Shown: piece by piece, positions 8,939 to 19,005 of the stretch | Layout: the number at the start of each line of letters is the position of its first letter | Numbering within the stretch: the stretch's first letter is position 1 | From: Trichormus sp. ATA11-4-KO1 | GTDB taxonomy: Bacteria > Cyanobacteriota > Cyanobacteriia > Cyanobacteriales > Nostocaceae | NCBI GenBank assembly: GCA_019358915.1 | Contig: JAHHIM010000036.1 | Location: 32,001 to 96,000, forward strand | DNA length: 64,000 nucleotides | Direction of reading: 5' to 3' | Notes under the pieces: generated by a model | Told to the model about the DNA's origin: nothing | Database searches by the model: none | The model's input: the letters and a program-made list of their open reading frames with translations, nothing else | Program-made: the position numbers and the translations under genes

Positions 8939-11900
8939 ATGCATCTGCAATCTTTACACGCTCAACACCTTGAGGAATTAGTCAAGAGTAGTAGTATAGA
9001 TTTACACATAACACAACTTAACTTCCAATCTCTCCAAGGTGCATCAGCCTACGAGTATTTATTAATTTCCGAACATCTCCCCCGCACTAACACCGGAATG
9101 GTCAAAAATGGGTGGTTACAGCGCTACACACATGTTACATCTGGCGGTTGGTGGTGTTCTGGACTAGATCCTCTCAATAATTGGCAAGCAATGGAATGGG
9201 GATGCTTTAAACCAAATCAACCCCGAATTAATCACAAAGGTAAGTCTATCAAGTACGAGCATCCCCCCAGCACCCCAACACGGCTATTTTGCCTGCGGGT
9301 AACATGGCAAATTTGGCAGCAAGTCTCGCAACGGTATAATCTAGCCATGCCCAGCAATATCATAGTTAATGCTCATGGAGAAGCTGAGGGCTTTTGGCAA
9401 TGGGTAATGGAACAAAACCTACCCGTGATTATCTGCGAAGGAGTAAAAAAAGCCGGAGCATTATTAACACAAGGATACGCGGCGATCGCCATTCCGGGAA
9501 TTACCAGTGGTTATCGAGTTGTCAAAGATAAATTTGGTAAAGTAACCAGTCGCCAGCTGATTCCAGACTTAGCGGCGTTTACTGTGACAAAGCGCACCTT
9601 TTATATTTGTTTTGATTTTGAAACTCAACCTAAAAAAATTGCGGCTGTCAATAATGCTATTGCTCAGCTTGGTTGTTTATTCCAAAAGCAAAAATGTCCT
9701 GTGAAAGTTATCGAACTCCCAGGGATAGAAAAAGGTGTTGATGAGTTAATTGTTGCTAAAGGTGCAAGTAATTTTGACAAAATTTATCGTCAAAGTGCTG
9801 ATTTAGAAATTTATTTAGCTCAAAGTAAGCCTCATACCGAGTTAACTATTCCGGCTGCACTTACTCTCAATTGTGCTTACTTGGAGAATATCTCTTATCC
9901 CACTGCTGGACTAGTGGGAATAAAATCAGCCAAAGGTACAGGAAAAACTACAGCACTACAATCTATTGTTAACCAAGCTAAAGATTTAAATAGACCAGTA
10001 TTATTAATTACGCACCGCATTCAACTAGGGCGATTTCTCTGCGAAAAAATTGGGATTCGTTGGGGTTTAAATACTAGCGATCGCACAATCATCGCAGATA
10101 AAGATTTACCTATTATCAGCAGTCCATTAAACAATAATAAATCCTTTGGTTTATGTGTTGATTCCATTTGGAAACTTCACCCCCAAGACTGGCAAGGTGC
10201 GATAGTAATTCTAGATGAAGTAGAACAATCTTTATGGCATCTACTCAACAGTAATACTTGTAAACATAAACGCGTCAAAATTCTCAAATTATTTCAGCAA
10301 CTAATTTCCACAGTTTTAACCACAGGAGGATTAGTAATTGCCCAAGATGCTGATTTATCAGATGTATCTTTAGAATATTTACAAGGATTAGCAGGAATTA
10401 AAATAACACCTTGGGTAGTTATTAATCAATGGAAACCAAAACGAGGTTGGGACGTAACTTTTTATGATTCTCCTAACCCCACACCCTTAATTCATCAACT
10501 AGAATTAGATTTAATTGCCGGACGTAAGTGTTATGTTACTACCGATAGCCGCTCAGGGCGTTATAGTTGTGAAACAATTGAAGGCTATCTCAAAGATCGT
10601 TTAGAAACATTACGACAGCAATTTCCTACATCCCTAGTAATTAGTAGTCGCACGACTAACACACCTGGTCATCCAGCAGTTGATTTTGTTGGAGCAATTA
10701 ATCAAAAAATTACCGAATATAACACTATTTTCGTTACTCCCAGTTTGGGTACAGGAATTAGTATTGATGTCCAACACTTCGACCGAGTTTATGGTATTTT
10801 TCAAGGAGTCATACCTGACTCAGAAGCACGACAAGCATTAGCCAGAGTCCGAGATGACGTACCGCGTATCGTCTGGTGTGCTAAACGAGGAATTGGCTTA
10901 ATTGGTAGTGGCAGTACAAATTATCGATTATTATCTGATTGGTATCAAGAAAATCAAAAAGAGAATTTAGCCTTACTCAGTCCCTTACATAAAATAGATG
11001 TAGACTTACCCTTAGTTTATGACCCAATTCACTTACGCACTTGGGCAAAATTATCATCCAGAGTTAACGCCTCTATTCGTCTTTACCGCCAATCAATGCA
11101 AGATGGTTTAATAGCGGATGGTCATCAAATTTGGCTAAGAAGTAATGCTGTTCATAATAATATCATTCGAGATTTACGCCTAGCCTTTTTAGCAACTGAT
11201 CCTAAGGATTTAGCTAACCGTAAAAGGTTGATTTTAGAAATAATTAAAGTGCAAAAAGATTGGGCAGAAAAGCGCCAAAAAGCCAAAGAAATTAAATACC
11301 AAATCAGAGATATTAAGCAGCAACATCAACTCTCAGCAGCAACGGCTGTAGCTCATGCCAAGGATATTGATTATGTAGAATATGAACAACTAGCAAATAA
11401 ACATTCTCTCTCGGAAGTAGAACGTAACCAAATTGATAAATATCACCTCAGACAAAGGTATGGTATTACAGTTACACCCTTACTCAAGTTGCAGGATGAT
11501 AAAGGATATTATTTCCAATTGCTGATTCACTATTATCTCACCCATGAAAGTGAGTATTTTCATATCCGAGACCAGCAAGAATGGCATCAACAGTTATTTT
11601 GGGGTGATGGTCAAGTTTTTCTGCCAGATTTAAAAACTTACACCTGTAAAGTTGAAGCCATGAGAGCCTTAGGAATGCTACAGTTCCTGGAGCTAGAAAG
11701 AGAATTTACAGAACATGATTCTGATTTAATCTGGTTAAAAGATGTAGTATTTCAACATAGTAGACATATCAAAAGATTACTCGGTATTGATTTAATTAAG
11801 GGAAAAGAAAATATTTCAGCAATCAAAATCCTGAGCCGACTGTTAAATTTATTGGGTTTGAAATTGCAACGGATAAATGAGGGTTATCAAATAGACCCTG

Positions 11901-12061
11901 AAACCTTCTATGATGGTAGAGAAAAAATATTTGCAGTTTGGCACCAACGAGATGAATTAATGTTAGCTAGTGTAGATAACTTCCGAGGCGAAAAAGCTGA
12001 TTATTCAGCAGAATGGCAGTTTGTTACTAGGCAAACTAACTATGTTAGCGTAAACGATTGA
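8939..12061 (+). CDS. CyRepA1-family plasmid replication protein (DUF3854 Toprim-like domain + helicase-like domain)
   Basis: KYEHPP, ICEGVKKAGALL, ICFDFE, KGVDELI primase-like motifs; Walker A SAKGTGKT; Walker B ILDEVEQ; TPSLGTGISID; QALARVR. Confidence 0.85.
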   Translation: MHLQSLHAQHLEELVKSSSIDLHITQLNFQSLQGASAYEYLLISEHLPRTNTGMVKNGWLQRYTHVTSGGWWCSGLDPLNNWQAMEWGCFKPNQPRINHKGKSIKYEHPPSTPTRLFCLRVTWQIWQQVSQRYNLAMPSNIIVNAHGEAEGFWQWVMEQNLPVIICEGVKKAGALLTQGYAAIAIPGITSGYRVVKDKFGKVTSRQLIPDLAAFTVTKRTFYICFDFETQPKKIAAVNNAIAQLGCLFQKQKCPVKVIELPGIEKGVDELIVAKGASNFDKIYRQSADLEIYLAQSKPHTELTIPAALTLNCAYLENISYPTAGLVGIKSAKGTGKTTALQSIVNQAKDLNRPVLLITHRIQLGRFLCEKIGIRWGLNTSDRTIIADKDLPIISSPLNNNKSFGLCVDSIWKLHPQDWQGAIVILDEVEQSLWHLLNSNTCKHKRVKILKLFQQLISTVLTTGGLVIAQDADLSDVSLEYLQGLAGIKITPWVVINQWKPKRGWDVTFYDSPNPTPLIHQLELDLIAGRKCYVTTDSRSGRYSCETIEGYLKDRLETLRQQFPTSLVISSRTTNTPGHPAVDFVGAINQKITEYNTIFVTPSLGTGISIDVQHFDRVYGIFQGVIPDSEARQALARVRDDVPRIVWCAKRGIGLIGSGSTNYRLLSDWYQENQKENLALLSPLHKIDVDLPLVYDPIHLRTWAKLSSRVNASIRLYRQSMQDGLIADGHQIWLRSNAVHNNIIRDLRLAFLATDPKDLANRKRLILEIIKVQKDWAEKRQKAKEIKYQIRDIKQQHQLSAATAVAHAKDIDYVEYEQLANKHSLSEVERNQIDKYHLRQRYGITVTPLLKLQDDKGYYFQLLIHYYLTHESEYFHIRDQQEWHQQLFWGDGQVFLPDLKTYTCKVEAMRALGMLQFLELEREFTEHDSDLIWLKDVVFQHSRHIKRLLGIDLIKGKENISAIKILSRLLNLLGLKLQRINEGYQIDPETFYDGREKIFAVWHQRDELMLASVDNFRGEKADYSAEWQFVTRQTNYVSVND

Positions 12062-12185
12062 AACTTTGTATGTAGTGAGGACTTTAGTCCTCTCTTCTTC
12101 CTTCTTACCTAGAGTGATTATGACCACGCCAACAAATTCACTAATGGCAGGAAAATCATCCTAAAAAACTTCAGAAAGTTTTTTA

Positions 12186-13238
12186 TTAAGCAACTTGAAA
12201 ATTCGTTGCTTCGTCCATAGGTTCATAACTATGATTTAACTGCTCAATTCCCTGATTAATTAAATCCAATCCTTGCTGCACTGTTTCAATCAAACTTAAC
12301 TGTCCCCGCAAATCAGCAGCACCAACGAAACCTTTAGCATACCAAGTCATGTGCTTACGGGCTTGACGGACACCGCGATCGCCTTTATATTCCCATAAGG
12401 CTTGTAGATGATCTCTGGCACATTCCAAGCGTTGAATCGGGGTTGGTGGTGGTAATATTTCCCCGGTTTTCAAGAAGTGATCAATTTCTCCCACCAAAAA
12501 GGGATAACCTAAAGTTCCCCTAGAACACATCACACCATCAGCGTTTGTTTGTTCTAAACATTTCACCGCCGCTTCCACAGAAAAAATATCGCCATTACCA
12601 ATTACCGGAATCGAAAGTATTTCCTTAACACGGGCTATCCATTCCCAACGGGCATTACCATTGTATCCTTGGGCGCGAGTGCGTCCATGTACTGTAATCA
12701 TTTTTGCCCCTGCATCTTCCATCCGCTTGGCAAAGTCAAGAATCGTGATTTCCTTATCATTCCAGCCAATGCGGGTTTTGACTGTAACTGGTACATCAAC
12801 GGCTTTCACTACTTCCCGCACAATTGCTTCAGCAACTTCTGGCTGTCGCAATAAAGAGGAACCGCCCCCGTTTTTGGTAATTTTATTTACCGGGCAACCC
12901 ATATTAATATCTACAGTATCAGCACCTTCAGCAACCGCCTTAATTGCTGCTTCTGCCAAAAAATCAGGACGACAGTCAAATAATTGAATACTGATTGGTT
13001 GTTCTTGGGGGTCTACCTCCATAATTTTGGGTAACTCTTTCACATAGTGCAACCCCGTAGCATTTACCATTTCGGTATACAACATTGAATCTGGTGCATA
13101 GCGACGCACCAGACGACGAAAAACCATATCTGTCACCCCAGATAAAGGTGACTGAAGCACTCGGCTTTTGACCTCAAATGAACCGATTTTTAGAGGTTGG
13201 GATAGTCTAGCTTTTAAAGTAGGAGATAGTGTAACCAT
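12186..13238 (-). CDS. dusB: tRNA-dihydrouridine synthase B
   Basis: SPLSGVTD, DINMGCP, VKTRIGW, TVHGRT, GNGDI motifs. Confidence 0.93.
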   Translation of the reverse strand: MVTLSPTLKARLSQPLKIGSFEVKSRVLQSPLSGVTDMVFRRLVRRYAPDSMLYTEMVNATGLHYVKELPKIMEVDPQEQPISIQLFDCRPDFLAEAAIKAVAEGADTVDINMGCPVNKITKNGGGSSLLRQPEVAEAIVREVVKAVDVPVTVKTRIGWNDKEITILDFAKRMEDAGAKMITVHGRTRAQGYNGNARWEWIARVKEILSIPVIGNGDIFSVEAAVKCLEQTNADGVMCSRGTLGYPFLVGEIDHFLKTGEILPPPTPIQRLECARDHLQALWEYKGDRGVRQARKHMTWYAKGFVGAADLRGQLSLIETVQQGLDLINQGIEQLNHSYEPMDEATNFQVA

Positions 13239-13268
13239 AGAACTTAAAATTGTGGGAATTAAAAATGA

Positions 13269-13345
13269 TAGGACTTACGCATAGGTCGCAGAATAACAAA
13301 CCACAAAGAACGCTAAGTACACGTTCGCGTAGCGTCTCGTAAAGA
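13269..13345. mobile_element. One-ended remnant of MITE family C plus a small dispersed repeat, truncating the Rpn gene
   Basis: TAGGACTTACGCA end identical to the element at 62674; GTTCGCGTAGCGT repeat shared with it. Confidence 0.6.
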
Positions 13346-13621
13346 ATTTTGAGGTTGATTTTGACGCAAGTATAAACAGATTTCTGAAAATAAGCGTGCA
13401 TAAATTGCTGCATCGGTTTGAAACTGGACTTCGACAAAGTAAATTAGGTTTTGCTCTCCTTGTGTCGGGAGAAAAACACCATCTATCCGAAATGCAGTTT
13501 GCTTGATTTCGATGGAGGAGAATTGATAAGCCTCTGCGGTTTGGGGTGAGTTACCAATTAATTCAAAAAATACACCAGGAAATTCTTGAAAAAGGCGATA
13601 AAAGATGCTGTCTGTCTTCAC
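13313..13621 (-). pseudogene. 3'-truncated Rpn-family (DUF2887-type) PD-(D/E)XK nuclease
   Basis: MKTDSIFYRLFQ...EIKQTAFRIDGVFLP...FVEVQFQ; similarity stops after about 90 aa where repeat-derived sequence begins. Confidence 0.8.
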
Positions 13622-13703
13622 TCTCGATGCAGTGCTGAGATTTTAATTGTAAATATTTTATCATCTAGTAGACAAGTACTTTGATGGTGCAATCAGGTTA
13701 AAA

Positions 13704-13961
13704 TTATTCACATTCCATCAGAATATTAGTACCTATTGGTGTCAAGTCCCAGCTATCTCGTGGTGAACCAGTCTGTATGTGTCTTATTACTAAACCCTTA
13801 GCCACCATATTCTTGAGTACAACCATCATGTCAGGTTCTCTTGGTACGTCTAGGCGAGAAAGAGAATTGGCTAGTTCATACCAACTAAAATTCCCCTGTC
13901 CTTTGGCAACTAATTTGAGAAGTACTAACTCTAGTTGAGTTAATTGGATTGAGTTTTTCAT
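13704..13961 (-). CDS. Small winged-helix-like protein, putative immunity protein
   Basis: GGAGGA RBS before ATG 13961; 85 aa with wHTH-like pattern (LxLLKLV...SWYELAxxL...LKxMxxKGLV...LTPxG); lies downstream of the toxin-like gene. Confidence 0.65.
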   Translation of the reverse strand: MKNSIQLTQLELVLLKLVAKGQGNFSWYELANSLSRLDVPREPDMMVVLKNMVAKGLVIRHIQTGSPRDSWDLTPIGTNILMECE

Positions 13962-14092
13962 AAATATTCCTCCCATATACAATTGTAAGAGGATTTGATT
14001 AAGTTTAAAAAATAGTGGGCTTTTAGCATTTAGATCAAGGTTTTAGACAACGGTTAAAATCTTTACCTAAATGCTTACACCCTAGAAAAGAA

Positions 14093-14500
14093 TCATTTTA
14101 CAAAAATTTTTCTAAATAAAACACCTGGCCCTTCCTTTAGCCCATAATCCTCTAGTGTTGCTGTGTGAACATTATTCCAGAGTTCATAAGCTGCATCTGG
14201 ATCATCTGGTTGTCCACTTGGATATCTGAGTTTTTTATACCTCAAGTATTCCCGTAGCTCATGAGTATAGAAACGGAGGTCTACTGCTTCGGCTACAAGT
14301 TCATCTGCTGCAATTTTTCTTAATCTCTCTACCATTTTCATCTCTTCATGACCAACCGGATTAAATCTACGAATATGAGCTTCAACAATATCAGTGCCTT
14401 TGCCTGTAATCTTGACTTTTGTATAGGAGAGACCAAGAATTTTGCCCCCCGCTTTTGATGCATCGAAGGGTCTGCCACTAATAGCACCTTTTTCCAGCAT
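14093..14500 (-). CDS. Stand-alone polymorphic-toxin-like domain
   Basis: SGRPF.x.KAGG, FYTHELRE..RY and WNNxHTATLEDY motifs, recalled from C-termini of S-type-pyocin/Rhs-type proteins. Confidence 0.65.
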   Translation of the reverse strand: MLEKGAISGRPFDASKAGGKILGLSYTKVKITGKGTDIVEAHIRRFNPVGHEEMKMVERLRKIAADELVAEAVDLRFYTHELREYLRYKKLRYPSGQPDDPDAAYELWNNVHTATLEDYGLKEGPGVLFRKIFVK

Positions 14501-14887
14501 TTAAAATATATTTTTAAGTTAAGTTACGTATAAATACTAAATAATAAATTTAAAAAACTAATATTTTCAGAATAAGGGAATTTTTAATGGTATAGTAATA
14601 TTTTTTGATATTTTATTAGCTTTTTCCATAAACACACTGCTAGTGAAAAAATATCTTTAGATGCTGTAGTGGAATTAAGTAGGATTAACTATGATAATTG
14701 CCCCTTTACTTATCTCTACTTAACTATAAGTTCTCTATAATTCGTTCAAAGACGGCAAACACCACTTTGAGATTACGGTTCACCCTAATTACTGAAAGTA
14801 TTAATTCTCATACATTAGACAGAGTGAAAGCAAATTGCTCAATGAACCGACTAAATACATCCTTTAAAAATAACCGTCCCATCAAAG

Positions 14888-14903
14888 GTTCGGGAAACCA
14901 CCC
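14888..14903 (+). promoter_or_regulatory. K-box-like stress element upstream of dnaK
   Basis: GTTCGG-GAAA-CCACCC versus cyanobacterial K-box consensus GTTCGG-NNAN-CCNNAC (one mismatch), about 200 nt upstream of dnaK. Confidence 0.6.
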
Positions 14904-15088
14904 TTCATGGACTGGCTATCACTGAGCTTCAGTATATATATCAGCATGACTTGAGGTTTTAACCTTAAGAAAGCCGAACCAAAGGTTGTTGATGCTGAAT
15001 TGACTGCTGTTTTCAACCAGTTGGTTCGAGATTTAGTCTCTTATAATCCCATTCATTCATTTGTAGTTATACGGAGCCAGCACTTAAA

Positions 15089-16990
15089 ATGGCAAAAGTA
15101 GTTGGAATTGACTTAGGTACAACGAACTCCTGCGTAGCAGTGATGGAAGGTGGTAAACCCACAGTTATTGCTAACGCGGAAGGTTTTCGGACAACACCAT
15201 CAGTAGTAGCATTTGCCAAAAATGGCGATCGCTTGGTTGGTCAAATCGCCAAACGTCAAGCGGTGATGAACCCCGAAAATACGTTTTACTCTGTCAAACG
15301 CTTCATAGGACGGCGCTATGACGAAGTAACCAAAGAAACAACAGAAGTTTCTTATAAAGTACTGAGTAGCGGCGGTAACGTTAAGTTAGACTCTCCAGGC
15401 GCTGGCAAGCAATTTGCTCCCGAAGAAATTTCTGCTCAAGTTCTCCGCAAACTGGTTGAAGATGCCAGCAAATATCTGGGTGAAACTGTTACCCAAGCTG
15501 TAATCACAGTTCCAGCTTACTTCAATGACTCCCAGCGACAAGCTACAAAAGACGCTGGTAAAATTGCCGGGATTGAAGTACTACGGATTATCAACGAACC
15601 TACAGCCGCATCTCTGGCTTATGGCTTTGATAAGAAGAGTAATGAAACCATCCTCGTATTTGACCTTGGTGGTGGTACCTTCGACGTATCCATCCTCGAA
15701 GTAGGCGATGGTGTATTTGAAGTACTAGCTACATCCGGTGATACCCACCTCGGCGGTGACGACTTCGATAAAAAAATCGTTGACTTCTTAGCCGAACAAT
15801 TCAAATCAGACGAAGGTATTGACCTGCGCAAAGACAGACAAGCGCTGCAACGTCTGACTGAAGCCGCAGAAAAAGCCAAAATTGAGCTTTCCAGCGTTAC
15901 CCAAGCAGAAATTAACCTGCCATTTATCACTGCTACCCAGGACGGGCCTAAGCACCTGGATACAACTTTAACTCGCGCTAAGTTTGAAGAACTCTGCTCT
16001 GATTTAATTGACCGTTGCCGTATCCCTGTGGAGAATGCACTCCGGGATGCCAAGTTAAGCAAAGGCGATATTGATGAAGTTGTACTAGTTGGTGGTTCTA
16101 CCCGGATTCCCGCAGTCCAACAGGTAGTGAAGCAGGTACTGGGTAAAGATCCTAACCAAAGCGTTAACCCCGATGAAGTCGTGGCAGTTGGTGCAGCTAT
16201 TCAAGCTGGTGTACTAGCTGGTGATGTTACAGGCATCTTACTATTAGACGTGTCACCATTGTCCTTAGGTGTAGAAACCTTAGGTGGTGTGATGACCAAA
16301 ATTATCCCCCGTAACACCACAATTCCCACCAAAAAATCAGAAGTCTTCTCCACCGCCGTGGATGGTCAAACCAACGTGGAAATTCATGTCCTCCAAGGTG
16401 AACGGGAATTCTCCAACGATAACAAGAGTTTAGGAACCTTCCGTCTGGATGGTATTCCTCCTGCACCACGCGGTGTACCCCAAATTGAAGTTACCTTTGA
16501 CATTGACGCCAATGGTATCCTCAATGTCACCGCGAAAGACAAAGGCACTGGTAAAGAACAGTCTATTAGCATTACTGGCGCGTCTACCTTGGATAAATCC
16601 GACGTTGACCGGATGGTGAAAGAAGCAGAACAAAACGCTTCTGCTGACAAAGAACGTCGTGAGAAAATTGAGCGCAAGAACCAAGCCGATTCTTTGGCAT
16701 ACCAAGCTGAGAAGCAGTTGCAAGAATTAGGTGATAAAGTTCCTGAAGCTGACAAAACCAAGGTTGAAGGTTTGGTGAAAGACCTGCGGGAAGCCGTTGC
16801 TCAGGAAGACGACGAGCAAATTAAGAAACTGACCCCAGAATTACAACAAGCACTCTTCGCCGTTGGTAGCAACATCTATCAGCAAGCTGGTGGTGATGCT
16901 GCGGCTGGTGCTGCACCTCAAGATGGTGGCCCCACTCCTCCTAGTGGCGGTGATGATGTGATTGATGCTGATTTCACTGAAAGCAAGTAA
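15089..16990 (+). CDS. dnaK: Chaperone DnaK (Hsp70, DnaK2 type)
   Basis: [27 protein letters not shown]-terminal DDVIDADF. Confidence 0.99.
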   Translation: MAKVVGIDLGTTNSCVAVMEGGKPTVIANAEGFRTTPSVVAFAKNGDRLVGQIAKRQAVMNPENTFYSVKRFIGRRYDEVTKETTEVSYKVLSSGGNVKLDSPGAGKQFAPEEISAQVLRKLVEDASKYLGETVTQAVITVPAYFNDSQRQATKDAGKIAGIEVLRIINEPTAASLAYGFDKKSNETILVFDLGGGTFDVSILEVGDGVFEVLATSGDTHLGGDDFDKKIVDFLAEQFKSDEGIDLRKDRQALQRLTEAAEKAKIELSSVTQAEINLPFITATQDGPKHLDTTLTRAKFEELCSDLIDRCRIPVENALRDAKLSKGDIDEVVLVGGSTRIPAVQQVVKQVLGKDPNQSVNPDEVVAVGAAIQAGVLAGDVTGILLLDVSPLSLGVETLGGVMTKIIPRNTTIPTKKSEVFSTAVDGQTNVEIHVLQGEREFSNDNKSLGTFRLDGIPPAPRGVPQIEVTFDIDANGILNVTAKDKGTGKEQSISITGASTLDKSDVDRMVKEAEQNASADKERREKIERKNQADSLAYQAEKQLQELGDKVPEADKTKVEGLVKDLREAVAQEDDEQIKKLTPELQQALFAVGSNIYQQAGGDAAAGAAPQDGGPTPPSGGDDVIDADFTESK

Positions 16991-17020
16991 TTTCTAACTT
17001 GTCCCTAATTTCAGATTTTT

Positions 17021-17057
17021 ACCCATCCAAGCTAATGCCTGGGTGGGAATTTTTTTA
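17021..17057 (+). terminator. Intrinsic terminator of dnaK
   Basis: CCCATCCAAG-loop-CTGGGTGGG stem followed by a T-run. Confidence 0.65.
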
Positions 17058-17237
17058 TTAATATCTTTATGAGTAATTATGACTCACCTTAGATTCTAAT
17101 AAAATTATTTATACTAATGCTCCAGTATTATTGCTCTAATGCTTAATTGACACTTTAGAAAGAGGAGGAACAAGTTTTAAAGTTTTACGATTATGGCAGA
17201 GAATTATCATTTGTGATACATCAAAACAACCAGAACC

Positions 17238-17696
17238 ATGAGACTACTAAGTGATAGCTTTTCTACCGATGGCATGATTCCCACCAAATTTTCCTGTGAA
17301 GGAGAAGGAATTTCTCCTTCATTAAAGTGGGAAGATCCTCCTATAGAGACGCAAAGTTTTGCTCTAATTGTCGATGACCCAGATGCACCAAATAGAACCT
17401 TTGTTCATTGGCTTCTCTATGATTTACCTCGCCAAACCAACAATTTACCAGAAGCAATTCCCACTACACCAATGCTAGAGGGAAGTGGTATTCAGGGTAA
17501 AAATGATGCAGACCAATTCGGTTATTTTCCTCCCTGTCCACCGAATGGAATTCATCGTTACTTTTTTAAACTTTATGCTCTTGATGGGCTTTTAGGACTA
17601 GACTTTGGTGCTACCAAAGAAGAATTAGAAGCTGCAATGTCAGGTCATATTTTAGCGAAAACAGAATTAATTGGACGTTATCAAAAGCATCGTTAA
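17238..17696 (+). CDS. YbhB/YbcL family (PEBP/RKIP-like) protein
   Basis: DDPDAP, FVHW, GxND, PPCPP..G.HRYFFKLYALD. Confidence 0.93.
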   Translation: MRLLSDSFSTDGMIPTKFSCEGEGISPSLKWEDPPIETQSFALIVDDPDAPNRTFVHWLLYDLPRQTNNLPEAIPTTPMLEGSGIQGKNDADQFGYFPPCPPNGIHRYFFKLYALDGLLGLDFGATKEELEAAMSGHILAKTELIGRYQKHR

Positions 17697-17787
17697 AAAA
17701 GGCACAATGCAAATGTCAGGTCATATTTTAGCGAAAACAGAATTAATTGGACGTTATCAAAAGCATCGTTAAAAAAGGCACAATGCA
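17636..17787 (+). repeat. Perfect 76-bp tandem duplication spanning the ybhB-like stop codon
   Basis: 17636-17711 is identical to 17712-17787. Confidence 0.95.
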
Positions 17788-17875
17788 GAAGCAAGTTTGA
17801 ATGAGAAGATTTTACCTCCACACCAGTAAATATGGCTACGCGACGCAAGCTATCAGGAATTAAAGCGGATTCTAT

Positions 17876-18547
17876 ATGCCTTATCCCTCAGCACCTTGGA
17901 CACTTGTCGGCGAAGCTATGCAAACTCTGCATTTAGTGAATATTGACCAGGTGCGTTCACCTACGGTGGGGCGTAGCCTATCGCTTGTGCCGCCAGAGTT
18001 AAATATTATTTCTGTATGGCCTGGTAAAACTCTCGGTGGTATTTATTTATCTCAATATAAATCAGGCTCAGTGCTGCAATACAATGAGTTAATTGTGGTG
18101 TCGGCTCTGGTATTTTATCAAGGTAAAATAGGAGTCTGGATTTCTCATATTTATGTAGATAATGCTGATTCTGTCGCTGGTGGTCGGGAAATTTGGGGAC
18201 TACCAAAAGAACTAGCTGATTTTACCTGGGAAGAAAAACGTGTGACTGTTCGGCAAGGCGATGTCTCCGACGGGCTGCGCCTACGCCTGCTGTGTCGTCT
18301 CAATTACAATCAGCAAAATTTAGCATGGCGACAAAAATTAGGCACTTCTGCTTTCAGTGTAATGGATCATAATTTGCTGACATTCCATGCTGAAATTGAT
18401 GCTCGTTTGGGTTTTGTAGGTGCCAATTTAGACATTTCTGCTGAAAGTCCTTTTGCTGGCATAAATTTAAGTCAGCCTTTTGCCACCGTGCGTTGTGAGC
18501 AAATGAAGTTATTAGTTGATGCGCCAAAAGTTAGAGGATTTATATAA
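17876..18547 (+). CDS. Acetoacetate decarboxylase-like family protein with two in-frame repeat insertions
   Basis: YPSAPWxL, Y.EL, IYVD...GGREIWGLPK (Schiff-base Lys); inserts at 17956-17979 and 18263-18283. Confidence 0.85.
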   Translation: MPYPSAPWTLVGEAMQTLHLVNIDQVRSPTVGRSLSLVPPELNIISVWPGKTLGGIYLSQYKSGSVLQYNELIVVSALVFYQGKIGVWISHIYVDNADSVAGGREIWGLPKELADFTWEEKRVTVRQGDVSDGLRLRLLCRLNYNQQNLAWRQKLGTSAFSVMDHNLLTFHAEIDARLGFVGANLDISAESPFAGINLSQPFATVRCEQMKLLVDAPKVRGFI

Positions 18548-18555
18548 ACCTTTAA

Positions 18556-19005
18556 TTAACTAGATATAGTTGCCTGTAACTGACTCTCTAAATTTGCACG
18601 TAAGCACAAGTCTGATATCGACCAAACCCAAAACTGATATGCCACCTCTGCAAAATCTTCCTGTTTATGGGTGACAATTGCATCCAGTTTCCAATAGCTG
18701 ACACAGGATGATTCTACAGCAGATTCAAAATCCTTCAGAGATAATGAGCGTGCTTTTTGCAGAATATGCTGGTCAACATGACAAATCTGTATTTTTGCTT
18801 GTAACCAATAGACTACTATCTCCGCAATTTTAATATTTTTTAAGCGACTGGCATAAGTATAAATTTTGTGCCAGCCAACATCTGTGATGTGCATCTGAAT
18901 TAATGGATGTACACCGTCCAACAATTCCTTAACATCTTCGGTAAATTCTTGACGATTCATCAAAGCTTCTAATATTAAATCAGCATCAAATAAAATTTTG
19001 ATCAC
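18556..19005 (-). CDS. PIN-domain protein
   Basis: ILFDADLILEAL...DFESAV...DAIVT....DF acidic PIN pattern. Confidence 0.75.
   Translation of the reverse strand: MIKILFDADLILEALMNRQEFTEDVKELLDGVHPLIQMHITDVGWHKIYTYASRLKNIKIAEIVVYWLQAKIQICHVDQHILQKARSLSLKDFESAVESSCVSYWKLDAIVTHKQEDFAEVAYQFWVWSISDLCLRANLESQLQATISS

Noticed and set aside
8939..14500. Integrated plasmid or dus-associated genomic island spanning CyRepA1 to the toxin islet
   Set aside because: No integrase, att repeats or partial dusB duplication seen, and intact dusB separates the two parts
14600..15088. CIRCE element before dnaK and the 75-aa ORF at 14698-14925
   Set aside because: No TTAGCACTC-N9-GAGTGCTAA seen; the ORF has a TTG start, no motifs and overlaps the promoter
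15619..16761. Antisense ORFs within dnaK (and similar ones within the 4210-7335 gene, kinase, CLC, crhC and ATPase)
   Set aside because: Shadow frames of well-supported genes, with no recognisable motifs
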